Below, one piece after another: positions 28,878 through 38,698 of a stretch of 64,000 nt of DNA. The notes under the pieces were generated by a model. That model had not been told where the DNA came from and did not search any database. It saw nothing but the letters and a program-made list of their open reading frames with translations. How positions within the stretch are numbered: position 1 is the stretch's first letter; every line of letters begins with the position of its first letter. The stretch lies in contig CAZGQR010000001.1 of the NCBI GenBank assembly GCA_964527765.1, forward strand, positions 246,353 to 310,352, in the 5' to 3' direction. The DNA comes from an uncultured Planctomycetia bacterium. Lineage in GTDB: Bacteria > Omnitrophota > Gorgyraeia > Tantalellales > Tantalellaceae. Both the position numbers and the translations under genes were made by a program.

Positions 28878-30869
28878 TCACATACTCATCGGGTCCACGT
28901 CGATCGCCATGAGAACACCCGCCCCCTTACGAAAACCTTTCAGGGCTTCGTGCAATTTGCCGACGATACTGACCCTGTCTTTTGCTTTTATAAGGATATT
29001 CCAGCGGTAATACCCCCTGAGCTTCGGCATCGGCGACGGAGCCGGCCCGAGAATGTCCACACCCGGTATTCTTTTCAGTAGCAGCTTTGCCAGGCGTTCG
29101 GCGCTCTTTACGACGCTTTCCTCCCTTCTCGATCTCAGGGTGATCTTCACCAGATTGATAAACGGAGGAAAAAGGAGCCGGCGGCGTGACTCTATCTCTC
29201 TGTTGTAAAAACTGATATAATCGTGTTTCGCAGCCAGACTTATGGCGTAATGTTCGGGCGTGTACGTCTGGACTATGACTTCCCCGCCTAGATCGCCCCG
29301 TCCCGCGCGGCCCGCGACCTGGGTGATAAGATTGAATGTACGTTCCCCTGACCGGAAATCCGGCAGGTTCAGGTTGGCGTCGGCGGATATCACCCCTACC
29401 TGTGTCACTTTGGGAAAATCCAGTCCCTTGGCTATCATCTGCGTGCCGACTATTATGTCTATCTTATGGTCTTTGAAATCCTGCAGTAGCCTGTCGTGCG
29501 CGCCGCGCTTGGTCATCGTATCCGAGTCCATGCGCGCCAGGCGCGCTTCCGGCAGGATCTTTTTAAGTTCCGCTTCTACCTTCTGCGTGCCGGTACCTTT
29601 ATACATCAGGTAATCTTCGTCGCAGGCCGGGCATATCTTGGGGGGAGCCATCCTCCTGTTGCAATAATGGCATACCAGCTCATTTTTCCCCTGGTGGAAC
29701 ACCATGGGCGAATCGCATTTGGGGCACTTCAGCAGATACCCGCATTTGCGGCAGATCACGAACGTGGAAAATCCTCTCCGGTTCAAAAAGATCAACGCTT
29801 GCTGCTTTTTCGCGATATCATTCCGTAATGCTTCTTCCAGAACGCGGGAGACGACTTTCTTGCCGACCCTTGTCTCAAATTCCATCCGCATGTCCACGAG
29901 CTTGACCTTCGGCAGCTCCTTTTCCTTTATCCTCTGGGTCAGCTCAACAAGACGGTACTCGCCGCTCATGGCCTTGTAATATGACTCAAGGGAAGGGGTC
30001 GCGCTTCCCAGTATTACGGGCACGCCGGAGGCGCGCGCTCTTTCAATGGCCACCTCACGGGCATGATATCTTGGTACGTCTTCCTGTTTATAGCTTGGTT
30101 CGTGTTCTTCATCCACGATAAATATCCCCGGGTCCCTGAAAGGGCTGAATACTGCCGAACGCGGTCCGATAACAATGCGGGCCTCGCCGCGGCTGATCCT
30201 TTTCCATTCGCCGAACTTCACACTTTGAAGCATCCTGGAATGAAAAACAGCCACTTTGTTGCCGAACCTTGACGTAAAACGTTCTACCGTTTGAGGGGTA
30301 AGTGATATTTCCGGAACGAGTATGATGCCCGATCTGCCTTTTGCTATGACATTTTCCACCGCCTGGAGGTATATCTCCGTCTTTCCGCTCCCGGTTATTC
30401 CGTGCAGCAGAAAAACCTCATGCTTTCCTTCATCCAGACACCTGTTTATATCCGCAAGGACTTCCCCTTGTTCTTTGTTCGGTACGTGCGGACGTGTTGG
30501 CTTGATTTTTTTGGGTTTTTCCTTGATCCGGGAGACCATCGAGACCTTTCCCCTTTTCAGCGCGCCCGGTATCATCGCTTCGAGGGCCTCTCCCCATGAA
30601 CAGAAATAATTGTCCTTGATCCACCGCCCCAGTTCGATCATCTCCGAAGTGAATATCGGTGACTCGTCGATAATGTCAATGAGCGGTCTGGGATCCTCCA
30701 CCATGGGCCTATCTTCTATTTTAATGATATACCCTATGCGCCTGCTGCTGCGAAAAGGTATATGGACCCGCTTTCCCACTTCGGGAGGATACTGCTCCCT
30801 GCCGGTAACCCTGTACTGGAAGGCGCGGTCCACGGGCAGGTTTGTGATAACTTCCACGTATTCAGCCAT
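28878..30869 (-). CDS. priA: primosomal protein N' (replication restart helicase)
   Basis: The 663-aa protein has DEAD-like helicase motifs (GITGSGKT, DEEH) and a Cys-rich zinc-binding insert (CRKCGY...CPKCD...CHYC...CPAC). Confidence 0.88.
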   Translation of the reverse strand: MAEYVEVITNLPVDRAFQYRVTGREQYPPEVGKRVHIPFRSSRRIGYIIKIEDRPMVEDPRPLIDIIDESPIFTSEMIELGRWIKDNYFCSWGEALEAMIPGALKRGKVSMVSRIKEKPKKIKPTRPHVPNKEQGEVLADINRCLDEGKHEVFLLHGITGSGKTEIYLQAVENVIAKGRSGIILVPEISLTPQTVERFTSRFGNKVAVFHSRMLQSVKFGEWKRISRGEARIVIGPRSAVFSPFRDPGIFIVDEEHEPSYKQEDVPRYHAREVAIERARASGVPVILGSATPSLESYYKAMSGEYRLVELTQRIKEKELPKVKLVDMRMEFETRVGKKVVSRVLEEALRNDIAKKQQALIFLNRRGFSTFVICRKCGYLLKCPKCDSPMVFHQGKNELVCHYCNRRMAPPKICPACDEDYLMYKGTGTQKVEAELKKILPEARLARMDSDTMTKRGAHDRLLQDFKDHKIDIIVGTQMIAKGLDFPKVTQVGVISADANLNLPDFRSGERTFNLITQVAGRAGRGDLGGEVIVQTYTPEHYAISLAAKHDYISFYNREIESRRRLLFPPFINLVKITLRSRREESVVKSAERLAKLLLKRIPGVDILGPAPSPMPKLRGYYRWNILIKAKDRVSIVGKLHEALKGFRKGAGVLMAIDVDPMSM

Positions 30870-31207
30870 TATTCGATCTTCAAAAAACCGTCAGTCACAA
30901 AAGCCATGAGATTGGAAACACCGTCTTTATTCAGGATCTTCAAAAACTTCAATCCCATCCTTGATTCTTCCGGGTCCGTCCAGGCGATCTCCGCAACGCC
31001 GGAGACTTCCCCCGTGGGGATCTGTAGCGTGAATTTTATCCCTTCCCCCGGATAAAGATCTTCCAGGTCCTCAAGGCCGCAAGAGACCACCAGAATGCCG
31101 CCCGCGGAGATATCATTGACCTTTCCTTTATATATCAGATTCTCGTCCTGATCGAAGAGTTTGATGCTGGAGGCCGTAAACTCCCTGATAAATTCACGCT
31201 TATTCAT
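30869..31207 (-). CDS. PilZ-domain protein (c-di-GMP receptor-like)
   Basis: From the start chosen at MNKREF it shows an RxxxR motif (REFIR) and a DxSxGG motif (NDISAGG). Confidence 0.65.
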   Translation of the reverse strand: MNKREFIREFTASSIKLFDQDENLIYKGKVNDISAGGILVVSCGLEDLEDLYPGEGIKFTLQIPTGEVSGVAEIAWTDPEESRMGLKFLKILNKDGVSNLMAFVTDGFLKIE

Positions 31208-31259
31208 GTTCTCTCCCGCTGTCCTGAGACCTGGTTTTTCGTTTTCGCGCTGACGCATT

Positions 31260-31979
31260 CTAAGTTTTTTGGCGGCGTGGAACCTCAAGGCCCAGTTCTT
31301 TCGCTACCGCCTGCATATCTTTCCACACGTCCCTTTTGCCTCCGGGGTTCCTCAAAAGATACGCGGGATGGTACGTTGGCATCAACCTGATGCCCCGGTA
31401 ATCATAAAATTTGCCGCGCAGCCTGCTTATCGGCGTCTCGGTATTCAAAAGCGTCTGCGCGGCGAATTTTCCGAGCGCGCAGATGACCTTGGGCTTTATC
31501 AGCTCGATCTGTTTTACCAGATAAGGCAGGCACATGGCGATCTCCCCGGGCAGGGGATTCCTGTTGCCCGGAGGGCGACACTTCAGGATATTGCATATAA
31601 AAACATCTTTTCTCTTCAGGCCTATGGACTCAATGATCTTTGTCAATAACTGTCCGGCGCGACCCACGAAAGGCCTGCCCTGTTTATCTTCATCGCCCCC
31701 GGGGGCTTCGCCGACGAACATAAGTTCTGCGCGGGGGGGACCTTCACCGAAAACGGCATTCCTCCGGGTTTCTGCAAGCTGGCAGCGCTGACAGGATAAG
31801 ACCTCGTTTTCAAGTTCCGGCAGCGTGAGCCGCTTTGCCTCCCGGCTCCCGGAAGGGGATCCGGGATCCGGATCCGTGCCCGCTTTTTCTCCGATTATCT
31901 CATTTATCCCGGCAAGCCTTTCCGATTCAATCGCCCTCTTGATCCCGCTGAAGAGATTGCCGATCTTTTTATCATCCAT
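31260..31979 (-). CDS. uracil-DNA glycosylase, family 4, with an N-terminal extension of about 45 aa
   Basis: CQRCQL Fe-S cysteines and the motifs GEGP, FVGEAPG and GRPFVGRAG. The extension contains a GS/PD-rich stretch encoded by tandem GGATCC repeats. Confidence 0.8.
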   Translation of the reverse strand: MDDKKIGNLFSGIKRAIESERLAGINEIIGEKAGTDPDPGSPSGSREAKRLTLPELENEVLSCQRCQLAETRRNAVFGEGPPRAELMFVGEAPGGDEDKQGRPFVGRAGQLLTKIIESIGLKRKDVFICNILKCRPPGNRNPLPGEIAMCLPYLVKQIELIKPKVICALGKFAAQTLLNTETPISRLRGKFYDYRGIRLMPTYHPAYLLRNPGGKRDVWKDMQAVAKELGLEVPRRQKT

Positions 31980-31980
31980 A

Positions 31981-33120
31981 TTATTTCCTTCCGGTTTCCC
32001 TTAAGACTATATCCACTATTTCTTCCGCTGCGTATGGCCTGCGAATCTTGTCGATAGCCGCTTTTAGAGCGTCACGAACGTCTTCGGATATGAGTATCCT
32101 GTCCGCTATGACCGGTATATCCTTGATCTTCCGGGCTTTTTCAGCCGCGCCGCTTTCGATGAGAAAATGTTCATTCCAGGTTTCCTGCCCCGGCACGGAC
32201 GCAAAAAGTATCATGGGAAGACGCGCGTTCAGAGCCTCAGTAACGCTTATTCCTCCCGCCTTTGTTATCATGACATCGGATACCGACATGAGCTCTGCCA
32301 CTTTATCGGTATAGCCCAGCAATATGAGCGGATAATCCAGTTTATCCCTTAAACGCTGTATGTTCTCAAACGCCGTCTTGTTGTGTCCGCAAACGGTTAT
32401 TACCTGGATATCGGCACGGCATGAATTTAAGGAAAGCAGCATTTTCCCGATAGGGCCGACCCCGAAACCCCCGCTTAAAAGGAAGATCGTTTTTTTGCCC
32501 TCATCCAGGCCGTATGTCCTCCGCACCCCGGCGGTATCGAACTCTCCGCGAAACTCTTCCAGTGTCGGGATCCCCGTAACGGTCATCTTATCCGCCGGCA
32601 CTCCCCTTTTGACCACTTCCAGTGCCGCCGACCGGGAGCCGATAAAATACCTGTCTATATGCCGTGACAGCCAATAACTGTGCGGCCCGTAATCCGTGAT
32701 CACCGCATACATCCGGGAATGAAAGCTCTTAAACTTTTTTAAACCGCCGGCTATACCGGGCAAAAGAAAATGAGTGGCCACTATAGCATCAGGGGATTCT
32801 TTTACCAGCATCGTTTTCAGTTCTTCCAGGTTACGCAGGTCCGTGGATTCACGTATCTTCCGGAGCATGGCATCCACGAAGGGATGATTTGGAATATAGT
32901 ACAGTGCCGCCCATAAAATTTTGGCATGGCTTATGAGGAAAATGTAAAAAGTAGTATATAGAAAGCGGTAAAAGTTACTTGCATATTCAAGCAGATCTAT
33001 CGATTTGACCTGAGCGGTATCTTTGACCTTTTCCTGGAAGGTTTTTAAAAGTGCCATCGCCGCCTTCTTATGCCCCATGCCGGCGGTCGAGTAAATAACG
33101 ATAATTTTCTTTTTATTCAT
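31981..33120 (-). CDS. glycosyltransferase family 28, monogalactosyldiacylglycerol-synthase-like (glycolipid synthase)
   Basis: MGDG_synth-like N-terminus (IYSTAGMGHKKAA) and a C-terminal GT-B domain. Confidence 0.7.
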   Translation of the reverse strand: MNKKKIIVIYSTAGMGHKKAAMALLKTFQEKVKDTAQVKSIDLLEYASNFYRFLYTTFYIFLISHAKILWAALYYIPNHPFVDAMLRKIRESTDLRNLEELKTMLVKESPDAIVATHFLLPGIAGGLKKFKSFHSRMYAVITDYGPHSYWLSRHIDRYFIGSRSAALEVVKRGVPADKMTVTGIPTLEEFRGEFDTAGVRRTYGLDEGKKTIFLLSGGFGVGPIGKMLLSLNSCRADIQVITVCGHNKTAFENIQRLRDKLDYPLILLGYTDKVAELMSVSDVMITKAGGISVTEALNARLPMILFASVPGQETWNEHFLIESGAAEKARKIKDIPVIADRILISEDVRDALKAAIDKIRRPYAAEEIVDIVLRETGRK

Positions 33121-33148
33121 ATTATCCGTGACAGTTTAGTTTTTATAA

Positions 33149-33295
33149 GGACGGCCCCGGGATGTTTCTACCGGAAGCTTGTAAACTTTTAAGAACATTA
33201 GAATATCATTCAACAGTTTTTTTAAATTTGGACGCCAAGCAGTAAAAGTTCAGGGTTTCGTACAAGCTTCCGTACGAAAATCCCGAGGCCGTCCT
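33149..33295. repeat. Element of about 147 bp with 38-bp imperfect inverted arms (33149..33186 and 33256..33295) around a 69-nt AT-rich core. It directly abuts the gmhB stop.
   Basis: The arms are GGACGGCCCCGGGATGTTTCTACCGGAAGCTTGTAAAC and GTTTCGTACAAGCTTCCGTACGAAAATCCCGAGGCCGTCC. They are near-complementary over about 38 nt. Confidence 0.55.
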
Positions 33296-33862
33296 CTAAA
33301 ATTCAGCGTTTAATATTAAATCCACCGCTTCGCCCAGATTATCGCAAACATGATCCGGCTTGAACTTCCAGTTTTCCGCATCTTCCCTTGAGGACTTTCC
33401 CGAAAGCATGAGAATGGTCTTCGATCCGACTTTCTTTCCGACCTGCATGTCACGTTCGGTATCCCCGACATAAAAGCTTCCCTTGAAAGTCCTTATCCCG
33501 AGTTCTTTCTGGGCCATTCGAAAAAGCCCGTCTTTGGGCTTGCGGCATGAACAATTCTCTTCCTTCGCATGCGTGCAGTAGTAAATACCCGCAATGCTTC
33601 CTCCCGCTTTTTCTACTGTCCGCTTCATCCCGTTTGTCACGTCCTCCAGGTCTTTTTTGGAGAAATACCCCTTTCCCACACCCTGCTGATTCGAGATGAT
33701 GACATTTTTATACCCTTCATCCGTGAGTCTTTTCAGCGCTTCCAGGACCCCGGGCAGAAAATGAAAATCCTCCCGGCGGGTCACGTACCCGTGTTCCGTC
33801 CACCCGGCCGGGTCCCTGTTGATCACGCCGTCCCTGTCCAGAAAAACATACTTATCGCTCAC
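33296..33862 (-). CDS. gmhB: D-glycero-D-manno-heptose 1,7-bisphosphate phosphatase (HAD)
   Basis: FLDRDGVIN HAD motif I, plus the Cys-rich zinc site typical of GmhB. Confidence 0.8.
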   Translation of the reverse strand: MSDKYVFLDRDGVINRDPAGWTEHGYVTRREDFHFLPGVLEALKRLTDEGYKNVIISNQQGVGKGYFSKKDLEDVTNGMKRTVEKAGGSIAGIYYCTHAKEENCSCRKPKDGLFRMAQKELGIRTFKGSFYVGDTERDMQVGKKVGSKTILMLSGKSSREDAENWKFKPDHVCDNLGEAVDLILNAEF

Positions 33863-35258
33863 CGTATCCCCCCGTACTAAAACTTGCTATTTCGCGCACA
33901 TCATCGTGCATGAGAAACGCCAGGATCAGCAGTGCTATCCCGCAAAAATGCAGCATGAACCGCGAGATCGTCGTGTTCACCACATAAAACAGGTCATACG
34001 ACGTGGTCGCCATATATCCGGCAAAGTATCCCGCCGCTGAAAGGACCAGGAATATCATCATGTAAAAACATTCATCCTCGCGCAACCTTTTCCTTTTCCA
34101 TATCATGCCGGCAAAGAACATGATCCAGAATATATTCCATTTTTTGGGACCGAACACTTCCTGCTGGAAGAGATTAAGCAAGATCGGGATGTCCTTGATG
34201 TTCTGCCACAGGTATTCCGGCGTAAGCCTGGAAAAAACTATATCGGTATTGAGGGCCGCGCTTGAGATCTTCACGGCAAACCAGGGGGCACTGACAGCTG
34301 TTATGATCGCGAATGAAACGATCATATCGCCCAGTTTTTGTTTCCGCACGTAAGCGCCTGACTTCGCGATAAAAACAGCAAAGACAGCAATAAAGGCTCC
34401 CGTGAATACCATCGCCTCGTTCTTGATCCATAAAGAGAACCCGAATAAAAGCGAACAGAACACAAGGCGCATCCTGTCGCCTGTACGGATATAGGATATG
34501 AAATATAATGTCGCGCACGTCACGAACGCCGCAAGTATAAGATCGGCGTGGATTATCGTGGCGTAATCGACAAGCTGGGGTATCGTCGCCAGGATAAATA
34601 CGGAAAGAAGGGAATATTGCCTGCCGAACAGCTTCTTCATCTGGGAATAAACAAGCACCATGAACGCCAGGTAAATAACGGGCATGACCATGTTCACGGC
34701 AAGATCGTTGAACCCGATAAAGTTGTATATCCAGGTCATTAAAAACGGCAGGAGAAGCGGATAATCGGGGTGAGCAACCGTCGTTTCACTAAAACCGAAA
34801 AAACCTTCCGGTATTCCGCCGGTAAAATAAAAGATCTTTGCCTTGAGCGCGTAATTCGCAACCGCATCATGCGAGCTTACCGGCATCGGAGCGACCAGGA
34901 AAACCGCCCAGAGAAATTGGATAAGCAGGCCCGCGGCCAGCAGATGCTCCGTCCTGTTCCACCGCTGAAAACCGGATATATCCGGCAAAAGCTCGTTCAC
35001 TCTTTCAGGCTTTGATGCGTATCGCGAAAAAACCAGTATAAACAGCACGACCGGCACAATGATCAGATTCAAAAAGGAAAAAGCGATACCGAACAGGTAA
35101 TACAAAAAAAGTTGATATGACGCGAATCCCACACCCAGAAAGAAGGATAATGCCGCAAGCTCCGGAAGCGAATAGTTATAACGGTCGCGCCTGACCACAA
35201 GCAGTACAAAAGACGCTCCTATTATCATGAATGATAATAGGGACAGAATGAAGCTCAT
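33852..35258 (-). CDS. polytopic membrane protein, putative GT-C-fold glycosyltransferase (ArnT/PMT_2-like)
   Basis: The 468-aa protein has more than 10 predicted TM segments and lies inside the LPS glycosyltransferase cluster. Family assignment is tentative. Confidence 0.45.
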   Translation of the reverse strand: MSFILSLLSFMIIGASFVLLVVRRDRYNYSLPELAALSFFLGVGFASYQLFLYYLFGIAFSFLNLIIVPVVLFILVFSRYASKPERVNELLPDISGFQRWNRTEHLLAAGLLIQFLWAVFLVAPMPVSSHDAVANYALKAKIFYFTGGIPEGFFGFSETTVAHPDYPLLLPFLMTWIYNFIGFNDLAVNMVMPVIYLAFMVLVYSQMKKLFGRQYSLLSVFILATIPQLVDYATIIHADLILAAFVTCATLYFISYIRTGDRMRLVFCSLLFGFSLWIKNEAMVFTGAFIAVFAVFIAKSGAYVRKQKLGDMIVSFAIITAVSAPWFAVKISSAALNTDIVFSRLTPEYLWQNIKDIPILLNLFQQEVFGPKKWNIFWIMFFAGMIWKRKRLREDECFYMMIFLVLSAAGYFAGYMATTSYDLFYVVNTTISRFMLHFCGIALLILAFLMHDDVREIASFSTGGYGER

Positions 35259-35686
35259 CTATTTCTCTCCTCTTTCACCAGTATACGTCCCGTGCCGCCG
35301 TATTGTTTATACTCCTTATAGCCCTCGGGTTCCGTATCTTCCCTTCCGTAAACGATCCTGAAATCGGCGTCCCCCTCAACGTTCTTCAAAGGCCATAGAA
35401 AATACCGCGCGCGCACCTTGTTGACCGAGAACCTTTCGAACCCCGCCAGCTCATACGTAGACCCTTCGGGGATACTCTGCCTGCAAAACACCAGGAACCC
35501 GTAAAGCTTATCACCGATGATGTAGCGCACTTTACTGCCGTGATCGTGCGTGTAAAGGTAGCGAAGCCCACCGTACTGCCCGTCCTTATCTTCCCTGATG
35601 AGAAAAAACATCCACAGCACGAGCCACGCGGCAAAGACCGCCTTTAAAATAGCCCTTTTATTCACTCTCCGGTTCACGGTTATCAT
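35255..35686 (-). CDS. hypothetical signal-anchored protein (143 aa) inside the glycosyltransferase cluster
   Basis: The ORF is translationally coupled to both neighbours. It has one N-terminal TM helix. I recognise no domain. Confidence 0.4.
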   Translation of the reverse strand: MITVNRRVNKRAILKAVFAAWLVLWMFFLIREDKDGQYGGLRYLYTHDHGSKVRYIIGDKLYGFLVFCRQSIPEGSTYELAGFERFSVNKVRARYFLWPLKNVEGDADFRIVYGREDTEPEGYKEYKQYGGTGRILVKEERNR

Positions 35687-36838
35687 CTATTTAGCTCTCC
35701 TCAGGTATTCGGCCAGGGGCCCGGGAGTTTCAAGGTCAAATGTCATGCGCTTTCCGGTCTCGATACGCGTTTTCTCCTTCAGCGAAAACGTCTCGGCCCC
35801 GTGCAGCGGTTTCAGAAAACCCAGGAAACGCAAAAGAGGTCCGTCTTTCATTATAATTGCGTCATATTTTTTCTTTTTGGTCAGGACCTGCCACAGGACC
35901 GCCGGAGCCGTGAAAGTATTCAAAAAAATATTGACGCCTATATCAGCGTGTTTTATCGGTTTTTTTCCATCAAACCCGGTGAGATTCCCGCCAGATGACC
36001 GGCGGCCCCTGCTCCACATATCGATGATCGCCCTTTCACGGGCCATACCTTTCAATATCTCATAATATTCGGATACCCGCCCGTCGCTTCCCGGCAGACG
36101 GTCAAGAAAAAAGATCCTTAGAAGCCGCCCCCAGCGATCCTCGAACAGCTTCCTGTTCGTGCGGTATATTTCCTCTTTTCCTTTCCACTTGCCCCTCGAG
36201 GCCTGCTCCGCGTGAAAGACATAAGCCCCTTCAGCCATCACCGCGATAAAGCCGTTCTTGCCGGCGCGAACCGAAAAATCGGTGTCCTCGTAGCAAAATC
36301 CCCGGTATGCCTCGTCAAGGTAACCTATGCTCTCTATCACTTCTCTTTTGATAAGACAGGCGAACCCGATAGCATGCCCGAGCTCCGTGAACCTGCCCTT
36401 CTTGTTCCGGATCAGCGCGGCATGATCGTCTATCGAGTTTCCGATACCCGGACGGGAACCGAAGGTGTTGCTCTGCGGGTTCACCAGCCCTATATTATCT
36501 CTGCTGCGGGCAACAGCGATCATCTCCTCCAGCCATCCATCGGTTACCTGGCAATCATTGTTCAAAAGACACACGAACGGCGCTTCGGAAAGGCGCATGC
36601 CCCTGTTCATGCCGCCGGCAAAACCCACGTTCTCTTCGCTGAACACTTTCTCCATGATCACTTTGTCGTTGCCGCGGATCCCCTGAAGGTAGCGTCTTAC
36701 CTCGGGATCACTGCTGGCGTTATCCACGATGATAAGGCGCGAACTGGCCCTGGTATGATCCAGAACGCTCCGGACGCATTTTTTCAAAAGGTCGGGGCTT
36801 TCATAACTGAGCAATATAATATCGCATTCGGGTTTCAT
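35687..36838 (-). CDS. glycosyltransferase family 2
   Basis: GT-A N-terminus (ILLSYESPDLL...VDNASSD) with a DxD-like motif. Confidence 0.7.
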   Translation of the reverse strand: MKPECDIILLSYESPDLLKKCVRSVLDHTRASSRLIIVDNASSDPEVRRYLQGIRGNDKVIMEKVFSEENVGFAGGMNRGMRLSEAPFVCLLNNDCQVTDGWLEEMIAVARSRDNIGLVNPQSNTFGSRPGIGNSIDDHAALIRNKKGRFTELGHAIGFACLIKREVIESIGYLDEAYRGFCYEDTDFSVRAGKNGFIAVMAEGAYVFHAEQASRGKWKGKEEIYRTNRKLFEDRWGRLLRIFFLDRLPGSDGRVSEYYEILKGMARERAIIDMWSRGRRSSGGNLTGFDGKKPIKHADIGVNIFLNTFTAPAVLWQVLTKKKKYDAIIMKDGPLLRFLGFLKPLHGAETFSLKEKTRIETGKRMTFDLETPGPLAEYLRRAK

Positions 36839-37617
36839 CTTTTCCCGGGACCCTTTTCCCCTTCCTTGAACTGAAGCTCCCTGTACTTAAGATAACTGAC
36901 GATCTGGTACAGGCCGCTGAACACCGCCACGACCATACCGTAGAACCCGTCCTTGTAAGCCTTTTTCCTGATCAGTCTGCGGTAAAAACACCTGTCAAGG
37001 GCGCGCCATACAGCATGCCCCATGCTCATGCGTCTGCCGGTGCGGTACCATTTCCGGGCCTCAAGCGTGGTCTGGCTGTTGAGGCTTCTCAGGTAATCCG
37101 CAATATCCCTGTGAGAATAATGGATTATGTCATTCCTGAGATGACCGCAAGCCCCTTCCAGGAACGCCCGCGGATGCACTTCCACTTCTTCATACTTGAA
37201 CTCGGACCTGAGAAAAAACTTCAGCTGCGCCGCCGGGTATTCCCCTCCGTAACGCAACCAGTGATCGCCGATATAGTTCCGCCTGGGAACGGTGTATGCC
37301 TTGAACTCCGGAGCGCCGTTCAGTAACTCGGTGATCTCTTTCGCAAGCCCTTCTGTCGCGCGTTCGTCAGCATCCAGGCTCAATACCCAGTCGTTGGAGG
37401 CTTTTGCATAAGCCCAGTTCCTGTGTTTTCCCTCGTTTTCCATCTTTCTTACGAAGATCCTGTCCGTATATTTCTTTGCCTTGTCCCTGGTCATATCCGT
37501 GCTTTCATCATCTACCACGATGATCTCATCCGCCCAGGCCACGCTTTCCAGGCAATCAGCAATATTATCTTCTTCATTCTTGGTTATCACGACCACGCTC
37601 ACCGGAGCTTTATCCAT
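36835..37617 (-). CDS. glycosyltransferase family 2 (KdtX/WaaE-like LPS core glycosyltransferase)
   Basis: It has VVVITKNEE...VVDDESTD motifs. The sequence is similar to lipopolysaccharide core biosynthesis GT2 proteins. Confidence 0.7.
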   Translation of the reverse strand: MDKAPVSVVVITKNEEDNIADCLESVAWADEIIVVDDESTDMTRDKAKKYTDRIFVRKMENEGKHRNWAYAKASNDWVLSLDADERATEGLAKEITELLNGAPEFKAYTVPRRNYIGDHWLRYGGEYPAAQLKFFLRSEFKYEEVEVHPRAFLEGACGHLRNDIIHYSHRDIADYLRSLNSQTTLEARKWYRTGRRMSMGHAVWRALDRCFYRRLIRKKAYKDGFYGMVVAVFSGLYQIVSYLKYRELQFKEGEKGPGKR

Positions 37618-38698
37618 GTATCATCCTCTCTCTTCCCAAAAGTTCCAAACACGCATCCGCCACCGTTCGCGGATCGATACCCGTTAAACACCGGTTATCA
37701 TGCGTGCATTCGGGAAGTTTAAACCTGCCGTAACAGGGCCTGCACGGCACTTCCCTTGCAGTGATCACCTTATGTTTATCAGAACCCGGATAAGGCCCGT
37801 AAACTTTATCATCCACGGGACCAAAGATCGATACGGTCCTGGCGCCGAGCGCCACGGCTATGTGCAGGGGTCCTCCGTCATTGCACAATACCAGCCCGCA
37901 CTGGCTCAACAAGGCGATATACTGCTTCAGCGTCAGGGTATTTTCCGTGGCCGCGCGTCCCTTCGTCATTTTGCCGGCGGCTTCCCGGCACAGGTCCGTT
38001 TCTGACCGGTCACCAAGAAATACCACTTTCAGCCCCTGCTCGACCAGTATATCCGCCGCCTGCGAAAATCCCGCGGGAGCCCACCGCTTGCGCGGAGCTT
38101 GAGGGCCCCAGCTCGCGCCCCCGCCGGGAACGACCGCGACAAGACACCCTTTCTCAAGGCCTTTTTCCTTCAGGTAGGCCCGGGCCCATTCCAGGGCATT
38201 CTCGTCAGGGACAAGCTGCATTTCCTTTATGGAAGCGGGCACCCCTGCGCGCCGAAGAAGGTCAAGATAATGTTCGACGACATGACGTTCCGTGAATCCC
38301 GCAAGGGGTATCCTGTCGGTAAGAAATATCCCCCTTCGCCTGTAATCCAGCCCCACCCTCCGCGGTATGCCGGCGAGCTTAAAGAACAGCCCGAACTTGC
38401 GCGACAAAGTAAAATCAAGGACCATGTCATATCTTTGCCGGCGTATCGACAAGAACAGCTTATACAGGGCCATCAGGCATCGGACCTTTGATCGCCGCCA
38501 TAACCTCGCATAATCGTCCTTTTCATAGACAAATATCTCATCCACGTCCGGATCGCTCTCGACCACATCCCTGGTCCTGGCATTGCAAAGATAATCCACC
38601 GATAAGCCTTCCGTCTCCTTCTTCAGGCTTGCGATAAGGGGTGTCGTGAACAGCACATCGCCTATGCCGAATATATTCGCAACGAGCACTTTCTTCAT
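37610..38698 (-). CDS. glycosyltransferase family 9 (ADP-heptose:LPS heptosyltransferase)
   Basis: GT9 signature N-terminus (GIGDVLFTTPL). Confidence 0.8.
   Translation of the reverse strand: MKKVLVANIFGIGDVLFTTPLIASLKKETEGLSVDYLCNARTRDVVESDPDVDEIFVYEKDDYARLWRRSKVRCLMALYKLFLSIRRQRYDMVLDFTLSRKFGLFFKLAGIPRRVGLDYRRRGIFLTDRIPLAGFTERHVVEHYLDLLRRAGVPASIKEMQLVPDENALEWARAYLKEKGLEKGCLVAVVPGGGASWGPQAPRKRWAPAGFSQAADILVEQGLKVVFLGDRSETDLCREAAGKMTKGRAATENTLTLKQYIALLSQCGLVLCNDGGPLHIAVALGARTVSIFGPVDDKVYGPYPGSDKHKVITAREVPCRPCYGRFKLPECTHDNRCLTGIDPRTVADACLELLGRERMIHG

Noticed and set aside
31850-31885. Tandem GGATCC/GGGATCC repeats.
   Set aside because: They lie inside the UDG N-terminal extension and encode a Gly/Ser/Pro/Asp-rich linker (GTDPDPGSPSGS). 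This is low-complexity coding sequence, not a regulatory repeat or a CRISPR array.
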